Origin: Phaeosaccion multiseriatum
Taxonomy: Eukaryota; Protista; Ochrophyta, other classes
Length of the DNA stretch: 64,000 nucleotides
Reading direction: 5' to 3'
NCBI GenBank assembly: GCA_965112735.1
Contig: OZ218962.1
Span: forward strand, 1,860,001-1,924,000
Shown: one piece after another, positions 27,001 through 40,444 of the stretch
Numbering within the stretch: the stretch's first letter is position 1
Layout of the letters: each line of letters opens with the position of its first letter
Program-made: the position numbers and the translations under genes
Notes under the pieces: generated by a model
Told to the model about the DNA's origin: nothing
The model's input: only the letters and a program-made list of their open reading frames with translations
Databases searched by the model: none

Positions 27001-29387
27001 CCATCCATCCATTGCTCTCGCCCGCAGAGTGCTGGAGGAGTGGCGGCAGGAGCTGCAGGGTGAGGTGCACAGCACAGGGGCCATCGCCCATATGCCTGGT
27101 GATGGCACAGCCGCTCATATGCCCAGTGATGGTTCAGGGGCTACGGCCTATATGCCTGGAGATGGCCAGGATCAGAGTATCCAGGACACGACCTCCTCCT
27201 ACCTTCTCTCTCCCAAGCACCGCTGCAGCAGACAACTTGAGAGGCAGCCGCACGACCAAGTCGAGCAGTTGGTGGTACAGCAGGTCGACAGAGACAGAGA
27301 CAGAGGCAGAGGCAGAGGTAGCCAGACCCCTCTGCAAGAAAGAAAGGGCAGCTTGACACTGCCGCAGCAGGTCCCTCTCTCGCCTCTAAGGCTGAGGAAG
27401 CAGCAGGGAGGAGCCGGGGGTAGCCCAGAGCCAGAGCAAGTGCGGCGCACGGATGATGGTCTGGATGGTGATGATGCTGTCCAGGTTGCTGTGGAAGGGG
27501 GCGAGAGCGCCATTGCAGTCAGTACAAACAGTGCGGTTAGTAAGAAGGTTAGCAGCAGCAGCAGCAGCAGCGGGAAGATGGATAGTGGTGGGGTACGGGG
27601 TTGGGGTGGGGAGGATGGAATTAGCAGAGTCGACTTTGACGAAGCTGCTTTCCGGCGAAGGGCCAATGACTTACGGAGACGGCAGGGGAGGGGAAGGGGG
27701 TGGGAGAGCGACTCCTCATCCAGCGGCGACGACACAGATGGCGGTGCTGGTGGTTCGTCAGAGGGAGAAGGCGGAGAGGGCAGCAGCACAGGAGCTGAAA
27801 CTCAAACTCAAACTGAAACGGGAACATCACGGGGGGGCGGGCGGAGGAGGACACGGAGGGGAGAAGGAGGAGGAGTAGCAGTAGCAGCAGTAGCAGTTTG
27901 TGGTATGCCAGGAGGAGCAGGAGGAGGAGAAGGAGGGAGCTTGCGGGTACGAAATCGAAACTGGCAGAACTACTGCTCGCTTGTGGCGCCGAGCACTCTC
28001 ATAGATGTCTCTAAGGGCGTGGCTGTGGAGGACCAACACGAGAACGATACGGACGATAAGGACGAAGAAGACGAAGACGACGATGACGACGAGAGCATCT
28101 GTGGGTACGGCTGGTTCCGCGGGAAGGGAAGGCAGCGGATGGGAAGCGAGCGGCTGGGGGGATTGAGTGGGATGGGTCTGAGTGGCGCCAAAGGGGCAGC
28201 AGTTGGTGATACAGTGACTGCGGACGAGAAAGGGGCCGACGAAGCGAGGCACAAGAGAGGCGTCCACCACGACGACGACGTAGAGGAGGAGGAAGAAGAG
28301 GAGAAGGAGGAGGAGGAGGAGGAGGAGGAGGAGGAGGAGGAGGAGGAGGAGGAGGGGGAGGAAGAGGTCGGCACTCGAGCACAGATGAAGGAAAGAGCAC
28401 TCGCTCTGGCGGCCCAAGCCAGCGGCAGTGGTGGTACAAGTCGGCGCCATCTGTCAGTCTCGAGCTCTTCGACATTGCACTCGGCCGTCTCGGTGTCCTC
28501 GACATATTCTTTGCTGCCTGTACCTCCTCAGTCGATGGCGGGGGGAAATCAGCGGACGATGGCGGGAGAGGCGATTCGAGCACGTGTGTCGCTGAGAGAC
28601 ATGGAGACCCAGCATGTGCAGCAGTTGGTGATACAGCAGCAGCAACAGCAGCAGCAGCAGCGGCGGCGGCGGCACAGCAGAGAGGGCAACAACAAAGAGG
28701 GCAGCAGCACCAGCAGCACCAGCAGCACCAGCAGCATCAGCAGCATCAGCACCAGCAGGAGGGTAGGGAGGAGGAGGAGGGCCGGCGAGGAGGAAGGAGA
28801 GGAGGGCGATGTAGCATGTGGCGAGGAAGATGGCTTGAGAAACAGCAGAGGCAGCGCGAAAGGGTGCGGCGGGCAGAACTTCGTGCCAGAGCAGCAGCAG
28901 TTGGTGATACAGCAGCATGGCGTAGGTCAGGGGCGGCGTCGCCTCACCGCGTCCGCCTCTGCGGGGCGAGCCCTTGGCTTCGACTTGGACACGTCATTGG
29001 CTGCCATCGGGGAGTGGTCTGAATCAGGAGGAGGAGGAGGAGGAGGAGGAGGAGGAGGAGGAGGAGGAGGAGGAGGAGGAGGAGGAGGGGGAGGAGGACG
29101 AAGTGGGAGGAGCAGCAGTAGGCTCGGGGATGATGACGGGCCAAGCCTTGGAAGCTTCGACAGCAGCTCCTCTTCGAAGCATCGCCAGAAGCAGCAGCAG
29201 CAGCAGCAGCGGCCGTGGTCGAGGGAATCGGGCAGTAGCAGCAGGTGCAGCAGCAGAGGCACCAGTGCTGATAGCGGTAGAAGCAGCAGTAGCCGGAGGG
29301 GTAGGAGGCGCAGGGGCACAAGTAGTCTCGTGGTTGACATTGACTCTATCCAGAGCATGAGTTCCGAGGAAGAGGATGGTGAAGACA

Positions 29388-29427
<40 letters not shown>

Positions 29428-30349
29428 GGAGGAGGAGGAGGAGGAGGAGGAGGAGGAAGTGAAGTTTACTCACAAAGAAGACCTTTTGGCAGCGGCGGCG
29501 CTGGCGAGTCGAGTGTTGGGCTGTCACCGAGTCGGGATGGGTGGAGGAGAAGGGCCCCGGGGGGGATGCGGAGGGGGAGACGGAGCAGCACCCAGCGTCG
29601 CCGCTTCTGCTCTTGCCCTCTACCCCTCTGCCTCTAGCGGTGACACGAGGAAGGAGGAGAAGAAGCAGGAGAGAAAGGAGAAGAGGAAGAAGGACAAGGG
29701 AACCGATGCGGACTGCTCTCTGCAGATGGCGACTACGGAGGTGGAGGTGGAGGTCGATAGTCTCGATAGGGGTGAGCCTGCACTGGCAGCAGCAGTGGCG
29801 GCAGCAGGGCAAGTGGCAGTGGGAGGGAGGGCAGAAGCAGCCCCTCATGGACCCTCACGAGTCCCCAGCGCAAGCGTCACTGCGGCGCCTCACAGGGCTC
29901 ATGCTGTATCACCAACAGCTTCACCAAGTGCTGTAGTATCTCCAACTGCCGCGGATCCCTCCACTAGTGACCACGCAGCCACGGGTGCACCAGAATGCGG
30001 TAGATTCGCTCCACCACCTGGAGAGGTTGGTGCACCATCATCATCAGCAGCGTCGTCGTCGTCGTCATCCTCCTCGTCGTCAGCCTCTGCCTCTCTCTCC
30101 TCTTCTCTATCCTCTCTATTGGGCGTGGGCATGGCAGACAGTGAGCTCGTTCGCCTGTTGGTGATACAGCCCAAGCATGTGCCCCAGCTGAGGACTCGCG
30201 AGGGCTTCCGCCGCTTCTTCACCGGAATGCCTCGGCAGCGAATGGAGCGGCTGCTGCGCCAGGCCTATAGCGAGGCTGGCATGGAGGAGGAGAGGGCGGA
30301 CAAGAAGGTTGGCAAGAGGATCGCGCTGCTGGCTGAGGTGCTGGCGTGA
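22820..30349 (+). CDS. LRRC56: LRRC56/ODA8-like leucine-rich-repeat ciliary protein with very long low-complexity extensions, about 7 exons; one apparent frameshift in a G25 tract
   Basis: LGHMLPNIHTLVLDGSFLEGGIRDLGIRLGGLHTLSLARSHLSDLGGAAALDHLRELRLPYNAITDVTALACHEYLQVLDLLGNRIADL..CPLLYSLDIRGNPL follows the LRRC56 LRR pattern; later DSELTLNGSELFIGGPSSAIRKRK; last exon 27028-30349. Confidence 0.75.
26628..26895 (+). repeat. (GGGA)n tract of about 265 bp; representative of many intronic SSRs: (GT)n, (CCCT)n, (TCTG)n, (GAT)n, (TAC)n, (GAGT)n
   Basis: Read directly. Confidence 0.95.
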
Positions 30350-30464
30350 GGAGGAGGAGGAAGGCGTGGGTGGGTGGGTGTATGTGATTTTCTAGTTAAA
30401 AAACATTAAAATTATAAGTAAGTACTTCTCCCTTTCTATTCTTTTCTTCCTCCTCCTCCTCCTC

Positions 30465-30526
<62 letters not shown>

Positions 30527-30575
30527 GCCACTACTAATACTGCTCCTCCTCCTCCTCCTCCACAAGCGGTCCCAA

Positions 30576-33254
30576 TCAGTCAGACTCGAAGGACGGAAAC
30601 CCAGCGTGCACAGTCCTCAGCCTCAGCCTGCCCCCTGCCCTGCCCCCCACTTCCTCCATCCCAATGCCCAGCTGTCGCAGCAACACCTTGACTACCTCAT
30701 TCAGCACCAGCTCGTGCTTCGAAGGTCCGGCTGCCCCTCTTGCTGCTCGTGCTGCCGTATCACCAACAGGGTTGGTGGCAATGGTAAAGTCCGGATACAC
30801 CTTCTCCTCCAACAGGGCATGGCGTACAACCACCTTTGCAAGGTCTGCGCTGCAGCGGTGTACGTCAAGCACAGCGGTAGCCTTCCCTCCCCCGCCCCCC
30901 TCCCGTCCCTCCGTCCATCCGCTGCCATCCTCCTCCTCCTCCTCTTCTCTCCACTCCTCTTCTCTCCACTCCTCCTCCTCCTCCTCCTCCTCCTCCTCCT
31001 TCCACAGAGACGGCATCTCCCCCTGTGCTCTCGCCTCCGCATAGAGCTGCACCGCCCCACGAAGGTCATCTGCCCCGCATAAACAGTCAATAGCAGCGGC
31101 GTATGCCATAACATCGAGTCTCACTCCCGCCATCTTCATGCGTCGCAGTAGCTTCAGCCCACTTTCGCACGGACCCAGCTTCGCCTCTTCTCGTTTCCGC
31201 TGCATGGCTCTTGGTCGCGTAGACCATTGCTGCTGCCGTAATACCAACTGCTTCTCTTGCTGGTACGCCAAGCCACACGCCGCCATGGCAGCGTTATAGT
31301 TGACAGCACTCGGCGGCATACCTCCTCCCTCCATCATTCGCAGCAGCGCGGTGGCCTCGCGAAAGGCCCCCGTCTGCGCGCACGCGAATATGCACGACGA
31401 GTACGTCATTCGATCAGGAGCAGTTGGTGATACAGATGCTGCATCCGGCCCCTTGACGTCATCCCCACCACCTTCATGCTGTATCACCAACTGCTGCCCT
31501 GTACCGCGCATCTCCTCCAGCAGAGCGAGGGCGGTGTCGCTGTCTTTTGCTGTTGCACACGCATCAATTAGAGTACCGTACACAGCTCGGTCCGGCTTTA
31601 GTTTATTCTGTTGTCGAGGGGAGAAGCGACGAGGGTTAGGGTCAGGGTCAGGGTCAGGGTCAGGGAGGGTCAGGTTAGGGTGGAAGGGGCAGGTTCAGGG
31701 GAAGGGTCAAGGTCAAGGTCAAGGTCAGGGTCACGGTCAGGGTCAGGGTAAGGTTAGGGTGGAAGGGGCAGGTTCAGGGGAAGGGTCAAGGTCAAGGTCA
31801 AGGTCAGGGTCACGGTCAAGGTCAGGGTCAGGGTCAGGGAGGGTCAGGTTAGGGTGGAAGGGGCAGGTTCAGGGGAAGGGTCAAGGTCAAGGTCAAGGTC
31901 AGGGTCACGGTCAGGGTCAGGGTCAGGGTCAGGGAGGGTCAGGTTAGGGTGGAAGGGGCAGGTTCAGGGGAAGGGTCAAGGTCAAGGTCAAGGTCAGGGT
32001 CACGGTCAAGGTCAAGGTCAGGGTCACGGTCAAGGTCAAGGTCAGGGTCACGGTCAGGGTCACGGTCAGGGTCAGGGTAAGGTTAGGGTGGAAGGGGCAG
32101 GTTCAGGGGAAGGGTCAAGGTCAAGGTCAAGGTCAGGGTCACGGTCAGGGTCAGGGTCAGGGTAAGGTTAGGGTGGAAGGGGCAGGTTCAGGGTCAGGGT
32201 CAAGGTCAAGGTCAAGGTCAGGGTCAGGGTCAGGGTCAACGTCAAAGTCAACGTCAGGGTCACGGTCAGGGTCAGGGTCAGGGTCTGGTATGTAGGCATG
32301 GACAGGCGGTTCGTCACACTCCTCATCCTTCTCTTCAGCCCCTTGGACTGGAGCCCCCCTGCTTCCTCCCTCCCTCCCTCGCTCCCCATCCACTGCCATC
32401 CCCCCTTCCCTTCTCTCACCTGCTTGAGCTTCTGCAGCAGTGCGAGTGCCTCACTGAGTCTGCCCTCTCTACCCAGGATGGCCATGCAAGTGGCGTAGTT
32501 GTTGAGAGAGGGCGTGAGGCCATGTAGGTGCAGGTGGTCCAGAATGTTTAGTGTGTCCTGCCAGCATACACGTAAGTCAGTGGGGTGGGGTGGGGTGGAT
32601 GGATGGCAGTGGGTGGGCGGTGCGTGTTGGTGATACAGTACACCATCATTTGTATCATTTGTATGCCGTATAGTGCCATATATACGATCACGCCATGCGT
32701 CAATGTAATGCACCCATCCACTTGTAATGCCCGCACGCGTAGCCATACGGTAAAACTCGGAATGAAACCCACACCCACATGCGTTACCCTGCTCCGTTAA
32801 TCCAGACATACCAAACCATGTAACACCAAGCGTTAACGCACGTACCTCAAATCGCCCCATCTTGTAGCTCTCCTGCAGCACGGCGTGTAGGGTGGGAGGA
32901 TAAGGCACCACTCCCCACCCCTGCATCCTCTTGAGCAGGGCAAGCCCGTCGTCCAGCCGCCCATGCCGAATGCACTCAGCAATCACCGCCCCGCAGCAAA
33001 AAGGCGACGGCTTGAAAGAAGAAGAGGGGCCCCCTCCACCTTCCCTCCGGCCTCCACCTCCACCCGCACTTGCCCTTCCACTGCCATCCCCCCCACCCTC
33101 GTCCACTGCCATCTCCTCCATGTCCTTCAGTAACCGTAGGGCCTCGTCCAGTCGCCCCCCCCTTGCGCAAGCGGTAACAACTGCACTGTAGCAAGGTGCA
33201 TCGGGTTGGAGCCCAAGAGAGGAAGCCTCGTCGAACAGTCTACGGTACGCACGG

Positions 33255-33324
<70 letters not shown>

Positions 33325-34265
33325 GATTGTTGTAGTTAATTGTTTTGTGTACAAGGAAGAGAGTTTTTGGTGTGTTTTGTTTGTTTGCCCCCGAACGAAA
33401 GAGGAGGCGAAGAGAAGAGAAGAGAACAGAGAGCCAAAGCCAAGAAGGAAAAGAAGAAGAAGGGAGGGGAGATGGATAGGATGGGAACGGAAGACATGGG
33501 GCACGATTGACGAAGGACAAGGCACACGGGGGGGGTGGGGGAGGCGATGAGGAAGAGGTTTAAGGTCAAAGAAGGCAGGAGTGTCGGAGGGGGGAGGTAG
33601 GAGGGGTGCAGACAAGCGGGGGGGTGGACCGAAGGGTTCGGGCAAACAGATCTAATCAAGCTCCTCCCTCCCAGCGCTTCCGTCCGGGAGGGGGGAGGAA
33701 GACGGGACTTTCTTTCCCCTCCCATCTCCTCTCCTCTTCTCGCTCCGCCCTCCTCTTCCATAGCCTCTGCGTATTTTGACATGCTCTGCCATTGTAATTT
33801 CATAACATTACGTACTCAGTAGTACTACGAAGTATGAGTGTGCACTCACGCACCTGATGGCGTCCTCAGTGCGATCGGCAGTGGCGCAAGCATTAATTGC
33901 CGTGGTGTAGCTGAACAGCAGGCTCTGTTGCTGCTTGTTCCCTCGGCCCTTCTGCTGCTGCTGCTGCTCCTGCTCCTGCTGCTGATGCTGTTGTACGGCC
34001 TCCTCAAGGATAGATAGGGCACGGTCCACTTGACCTGTGGGTGGGGGGAGGAGCAAGGCGAGGGGGAGGGAGGGACGTAGGGATGAGTGAGGGAGGACAC
34101 ACACCACACACACACTAACACACAGACACATACACACACATGTACACACACATACACACACTAACACACAGACACATACACACACATATACACACACACA
34201 TACACACATACACACACAAACACACGCACACACACACACACACACACACACGGACGCACACACAT

Positions 34266-34324
<59 letters not shown>

Positions 34325-34678
34325 TACACCTTCTCCCACTCACCGCTCTTGCCGCTCGCATCGACTGCGCAGCGAAACGTGTAGGAGGAAGGAGTGAGTC
34401 CCGCGGCCTTTGCTTCGTCGAAAAGAGTAAGCGCCCCCTCGGGATTCTTCCCCCTTGTACACGCGGCCATGGCCGAGGTATAGCTAATAATGTCAGGACG
34501 TACCCCGGCTTCAACCCCCTCCCCACCCCCCTGGGGCTCTGCTGCCTGACGCTGCGTCGTAGAAGCTCGCATCTCCTGAAGCAAGCGCAGTGCCAAGCGG
34601 TAGTCTCCATTCTTTGCAGCGGCGTCTATCACGGCATTGTAGGACACCACATTAGGAGCGGGCGTGCGCCTCCTCTGG

Positions 34679-34732
<54 letters not shown>

Positions 34733-36205
34733 GTGGTGTTGCTGCTGTTGTGCTTCATTTCGGTGAGCAGAGCGAGGGCCGCGTCGCAGTCTCTCGCACG
34801 CGCCATTGCGGTCATGGTGCTGTTGTAGGTCGCGAGCTGTGGACGGGTGAAGAAGTGGAGAGGCGGAGGGGTGTAGAAGTGGAGAGAGCGGAGGGGTGAA
34901 GAAGTGGAGAGAGCGGAGGGGTGTAGAAGTGGAGAGAGCGGAGGGGTGAAGAGGCTGGAGAGCTCGTCCGTTACGAAGAGATCAAATGGAAGAGGCAAGC
35001 TACTCGAGTGCGTGTGTAGGGGGGGGTGGGTGAGGTGGGGAGGCTGAAGTCAAAGTATCAGCCCAGTCCAGCAATACAAGGTGGCTCACATAGGGATGGA
35101 ACCCTTAACCCTTAACCCCCCCGAGTCCCGCTACTACTACCGCACACGCACATCAACACAAAACACACATACACACAACATATGTTTTTTCCCCTCTCCT
35201 TTCTTCCCGCCTTCCTTCCTTCCTTCCTCCCCCCCTTCCTTCCTTCCTTCCTACCTGCGCTCCGTCGGGAGTCCTCTCCATCGCCCTCAGCAGCGCCAGA
35301 GCATGTTGGGGCAGCGGCTGCTTGGCTTTGCCGCACAGTGAAATGGCCTCGTTAAAGGCCCTCGAGGACAGAACGTAGCTGCTGTTGCTATTGCTGCTGC
35401 TGCTGCCTCGCAGTCTCTCCTCCTCCAGCTGAAGCATCTGCTCCACCAGCGACACCACCAGGCCGCCCTGTCCGGACCTTGCCATCTCTCGCGCCACCGC
35501 TTCATACACGCTCGGCCCGGCCGGTGGAGGCAGCCCCGACGATGCCGCCCCCCCCCCCTCCCTCATGAGGCCGAGCACTTGTCGCTGCCCCAGCAGCTTC
35601 ACCGCCGTTTCCTGTCCCTCCCGAACCCGGCTGCAGGCCAGAATGACCCGATCGTGCAGCTTGGCGGGAACCTGCTGCCCCTCGTGCCCTGCCCGGCGCA
35701 CAAACTCGTCCAGCAGGGCCAACATCCCCCGCCACCGGCCACAGACCCCCAAGGCTGCGATGGCGGCCTCGTACACGGCATAGCTCAGTACAGGGGGTGC
35801 TGTTTCTCTTGCTGGTGCTGTTGCTGAATTGCAAGAGCCGGGGTCGGCTTGCCACTGCTGCTGCTGCTGCTGCCGCGCCTTGTCTTTTGCCTTGCGCAAG
35901 AGAGGGGCAATGTCTTTCCAGCGACGCTCTCGGCCGAGTCTTTCCAGCTCTGACACCAAGCGCTCCTCCTCCTCGCCGCCGTGGTGCCTCTGCACCCGCT
36001 GCCGGCCTCCTTCTTCCCCTGCGGCAGCACTACTCGCAGGCAGGGGGTGCTGCTGCCCCACCTCCCCCCCAAACCATCTTGTCCTCCCACCAACGTCTCT
36101 CCTGGGCGCGCCTTCTGCAGCTCCGGCTGAGGAGGAGGCGGAGGCCCTGCAGGAACACTTCCCTCGCCCAGGCAAGAGACGCCCCACCAGCCGTCGAGCA
36201 AGCAT
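30576..36205 (-). CDS. Pentatricopeptide-repeat protein with C-terminal Smr-like domain (PPR-SMR), 6 exons, probable mitochondrial presequence
   Basis: Many PPR motifs (PNVVSYNAVIDAAAKNGDYRLALRLLQEM, PDIISYTSAMAAC, PDRMTYSSCIFACAQTG); C-terminal VLDVHRCSADLAKVVV..FTIAT..SKH..GRLRL; Arg-rich N-terminus MLARRLVGRLL. Confidence 0.88.
31632..32285. repeat. Degenerate telomere-like hexamer array (GGGTCA/AGGTCA/GGGTTA) with higher-order units, inside a PPR-gene intron
   Basis: Read directly; recurring block GGTTAGGGTGGAAGGGGCAGGTTCAGGG. Confidence 0.85.
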
Positions 36206-36502
36206 TGTAGAGCTAGAGAAGGGAGGCCTTTTTATCCTTTATCCGGGGCCTTTGCCCGAGAATCAATCCCCCCCCACGGATCAAGGATCGCAGAATTTTT
36301 GAAACTGAAACTGAAATGTGTGGGGGTGTGTGAGACGCCTCTGGCATCACAAATGACAAACCTCCGCCACTCCTCCTCCTTCGTCCTCTTCAATCAAAAT
36401 CCCATTACACAACCAACCCATCAACCGCTTTACAGCCCCTCTCCTCTCCCCCCGGCCAGCTCCAGCCAGCTCGATTCTCTTCTCTTCCCAGGACAAATGG
36501 AC

Positions 36503-36569
<67 letters not shown>

Positions 36570-36761
36570 GAGAGAGAGAGATGTTTTCCTGTCTTTGTTC
36601 ATCCTTCTTGGTCCATTTTTGGCCTGGTCCTGCCCCTCCGTCCCCTGCTGCCCCCGCCCCCTGTGCCGAACCGAATGGTCACATCGACTCAGTGGCGAGG
36701 GGGCAAAAAATATAGACAGGTCTTCGGGTACACAGACAGACAGACAGACAGAAGGACAGAC

Positions 36762-36800
<39 letters not shown>

Positions 36801-37006
36801 TACACAGCCAGACACCCAGAATTCTGGCTGTGATGCCCCCACGCTCTCTCTCTCTCCCTCTCTCTCTCTCTCAGCTCCTACTCTTGGCCCCGTCCACTGC
36901 CATCCGGGCCGTGCTGCCAGCGCTGCGAAGTAGTGTCAAGTGCCAGTGCTTGGGCCAAAAGCCAAGCCAACGGCTCATTCCCTCCCTCCCTCCCTCCCTC
37001 CTCCCG

Positions 37007-37394
37007 TCACTCCCTGCCCTTGCTCTCCTTGCCCTTGCTCCTCACCACCTCCAATAGTCCCTCAAAGTCCCTCACGAACCAGTCCGCCCCTGCCCGCACC
37101 TTCTCCCTCACCACCACCCCTCCGTAGCCAATGAAGGCGTCAGCAGGTGGCTTCGCTTGCATGTCAGTGGCTCCGTCGCCGATCATCACTACAGGGGAGT
37201 ACTTGTGCTTCTTCTTTAGCCTGGAGTGGGTAGTGGTAGTAGTAGTGGTGGTGATGAGGGGGGGGGGGGGTTGGGGGCGACAACACACAGGCACATACAT
37301 ATACATATACACACATGTGCAAAAGGACACAAAGGTTTGAGTACTGCTACGAAATCAACTGCTGCTGTTGCTACTCCTACCACTACTACTAGTC

Positions 37395-37444
<50 letters not shown>

Positions 37445-37484
37445 GCTACTGCTACTACTGCTACTTCTATTACTGCTAGTACTG

Positions 37485-37528
<44 letters not shown>

Positions 37529-37568
37529 GCTACTACTACTGCTACTACTACTACTACTACTACTACTG

Positions 37569-37607
<39 letters not shown>

Positions 37608-38811
37608 TCCCCCCCCCCCCCTCCTCTCCTCCTTACATGTCAACTACGGCGGGCTTCCCTCCATCTCTGGAAGTGTACTCCTCAGCGTCGAAGCCCTTGT
37701 ATTCCCCGTCCTCGGCGAACTCAATCGTGTTGGCGTACACCTGCATGGACCAGGCAGACCATAAACACACACATACACACATACACACACGCACACGCAG
37801 AGAGAGAGAGAAGAGAGAGAGAGAGTCAAGAGAGAGAGAAAGCTTGGAATGAGTGAAAGTGAACGCGCCGATGGACGTGAATGAGCAAAACCTGGGCTCG
37901 GTGCGGATCACTGGATCTCTGTGTGGTGCCATAATGGAACACCATTGAGGACCTGGTGCCAAGGCGCCACTCACGAGCTCTCACATCTGCTGCTGTATCA
38001 CCAACTGCTTCCACAACTGCTGACGACTACTGCTGCTGCTGATGCTGCTGCTACTGCGAAATCCTCTCTCCGTCTCCGTCCCCTCCCCTCCCTCCCTCCC
38101 TCCCTCCCTCCCTCCCTCCCTCCCTCCCCTCCCCTCCCCTCCCCTCCCCTCCCCTTCCCTCCCCTCCTCTCCCCTCCCGTCCCCTCCTCTCCCCTCCCTT
38201 CCTTACCCGATCCGTGGGGATGTTGAGGGTATCCGCAACGGGATTGATCATGAGTCGAAAGCCACCCGACACCAAGTACACATGCGCGCCGTTGTTGTGC
38301 AGCTCGGTGATGAGCTCTGCCACCCCTGGGGAGAGCTTGGGAGGGCTCTCCAACAGACACTTGGCGATGAGCTGCGTGGAGGGCTTCATGAGATCCAGCC
38401 GGGCCTTGAGGGCGTCCTGTTGTCACGTATATTACGTATATTACGTAAGGGGTTCATGATATATACGTAAGGTTCTTGTTTCATGTTACGTTAACCCATC
38501 GTGCAGCTACGCAGCGGGATAGAGGACAGAGTAGCAGAGCAGCAGAGGGATGATGGCAGGGTAGAGAGACATGGATTGGGTCGTGGGGATGGAACCGAAA
38601 CTCAAACTGGCTTAATGTCACTCTTGGAAGTGAAGTCAAGTGGGCACAAGGTGAAGTGAAGTGAAGTGAAGTGAAGTGAAGGCATGTGAAGTGAGCGCAC
38701 GCACCTGGAACAGCATGGAGCCCCCCATGGCCTGATTGGTGAGGGAAGACACCGCCTCCGCCGCGCCGCAGAAGTCAGCGAGGATGTCGATGCCCTGTGC
38801 GTGTGTGTATG

Positions 38812-38879
<68 letters not shown>

Positions 38880-40014
38880 GTATGTGTGTGTGTGTGTGCG
38901 TGTGTGTGTGAGAGAGAGTTTGTAGAGGAAAGGGGCCAGAGGCGTCGGCAGGGAGCGGATGGGAGCATGAGGAATGTCGGATAGCAAGGCTCTTAGTAGC
39001 AGCAACAGCAGTTGGTGATAGCAGCAGCTGGGGCAGAAGAAAGAGAAGCACATTGGGGCCAGTGGTGATTCACTGACATACGACGGTAGCATCCCTCCTC
39101 AGCGAACGACTCGGCAGCTCCAACCCATCACAGAAACACACGCACGCAGGTACACCCATCCCAAACCTGGCAAGACCCCTCCGACACTCCTCGATGGAGT
39201 GTTGTCTCGTCCTACTCACTCCTCAATCCATCCCGACCGTAAGTGAGTAAGCAAGTCCACCCCCCGACAGCCCCACCCCACAGCACTCCCCCCCCTCACC
39301 TCTTCGCTGCACACTGTGCTGTCCACGTCAAAGCACACGGCCTGAGCGTTTGCCAACGCCAGCTTGGCTCCCTCCACATCGAGACCCTCCTCCTCCACCA
39401 CCTCCTCCTCCGCCTCCTCGCTCAGCGAGGCTTTGGCACCAAAGCTCCGCCGGCTGCTGCTGCTGCTGGTGCTGCTCCTTAGGCTGTTACCTTTGCTGCT
39501 ACTGCTGCTACCACCCTTCCCCCTTCCAAGCCTGCTGCCCGGAGTAGGATGCGTCGCGAGGTGACGCCTCTGTTGTATATGGCGAGCTAGGGGGGATTGA
39601 GACGATGTTAAAGGCGGCGACGACGGAGACCGTGTTTGCGCAGCGGTGTGGAGGAAGGAGGGCATCCCTGCTGATCCTCGCAGTCCAGCCGCGGCTGTGG
39701 CCCTCGACACTGTGCCGAGCACCTGGGGAGGTAGAGAGAGGGAGTCAGGTAGAGAGAGACAGAGAGAAGCGAGCAAGAGCGAGAGCGAGAGAGAGGAGAG
39801 AGAGAGAGGGGCGGGGGAGGGGCGAAAACCCGTCAGGGCAGAATCGCTCCCTCCACCCAAATAAAACAAGTCGAGTTCCAAGGAGCGATTCGCTCACTGC
39901 TTGCTCCTGCCATGACCTGGGCAAGAATCTGCTTGCTTGCTTCTGCCATGACCGGGGCAAGTATGCCGCAGCAGGAGCGTACGTATTCCTCAAAGGGACA
40001 TGGCGCCCCTCCAT
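37007..40014 (-). CDS. PSPH: Phosphoserine phosphatase (HAD family) with N-terminal targeting-like extension, 6 exons
   Basis: AVCFDVDSTVCSEE|GIDILA, TNQAMGG..F|DALKARL, VYLVSGGFR, TSRDGGK, VMIGDGATDMQAKPPADAFIGYGG. First exon and start uncertain. Confidence 0.93.
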
Positions 40015-40444
40015 CACAGCCTTTCACCACCTCCCCAAGCAATGGGTGAAGCGCGGCCTCTCTCCCACCCCAAGCCCACGGCTCCCTTCACAAGCGGTAA
40101 ATCAGTCAGCTTATGTGAAGCCGTAAATCAGTAAACAGCCTATGTTTCCTTTCTCTTCTCCTTACCCTCTATTGGAGGAGGACTGAGCCCCAATTTGAAA
40201 GAAATACACCCACCTGTTGATGTCCTTCCTGAACCACTGCCGCGGCAAATCCCCCCCTCATAGCCACAAGCGTTACAACCTTCCTCCCAGCTCCCCTCAT
40301 TGTCATCATCGTTACTAGAGGGAGTAGAGGGGACTAGGAGGGGGAAGGGCCCAGGTTTCGCCAGTTTCAGTTCCACCTAGACTGTACTTTGTTGACATAA
40401 TCGGACCCCTCTTTCTCACCCCGCTTGATACACCCCCGCTTGCG

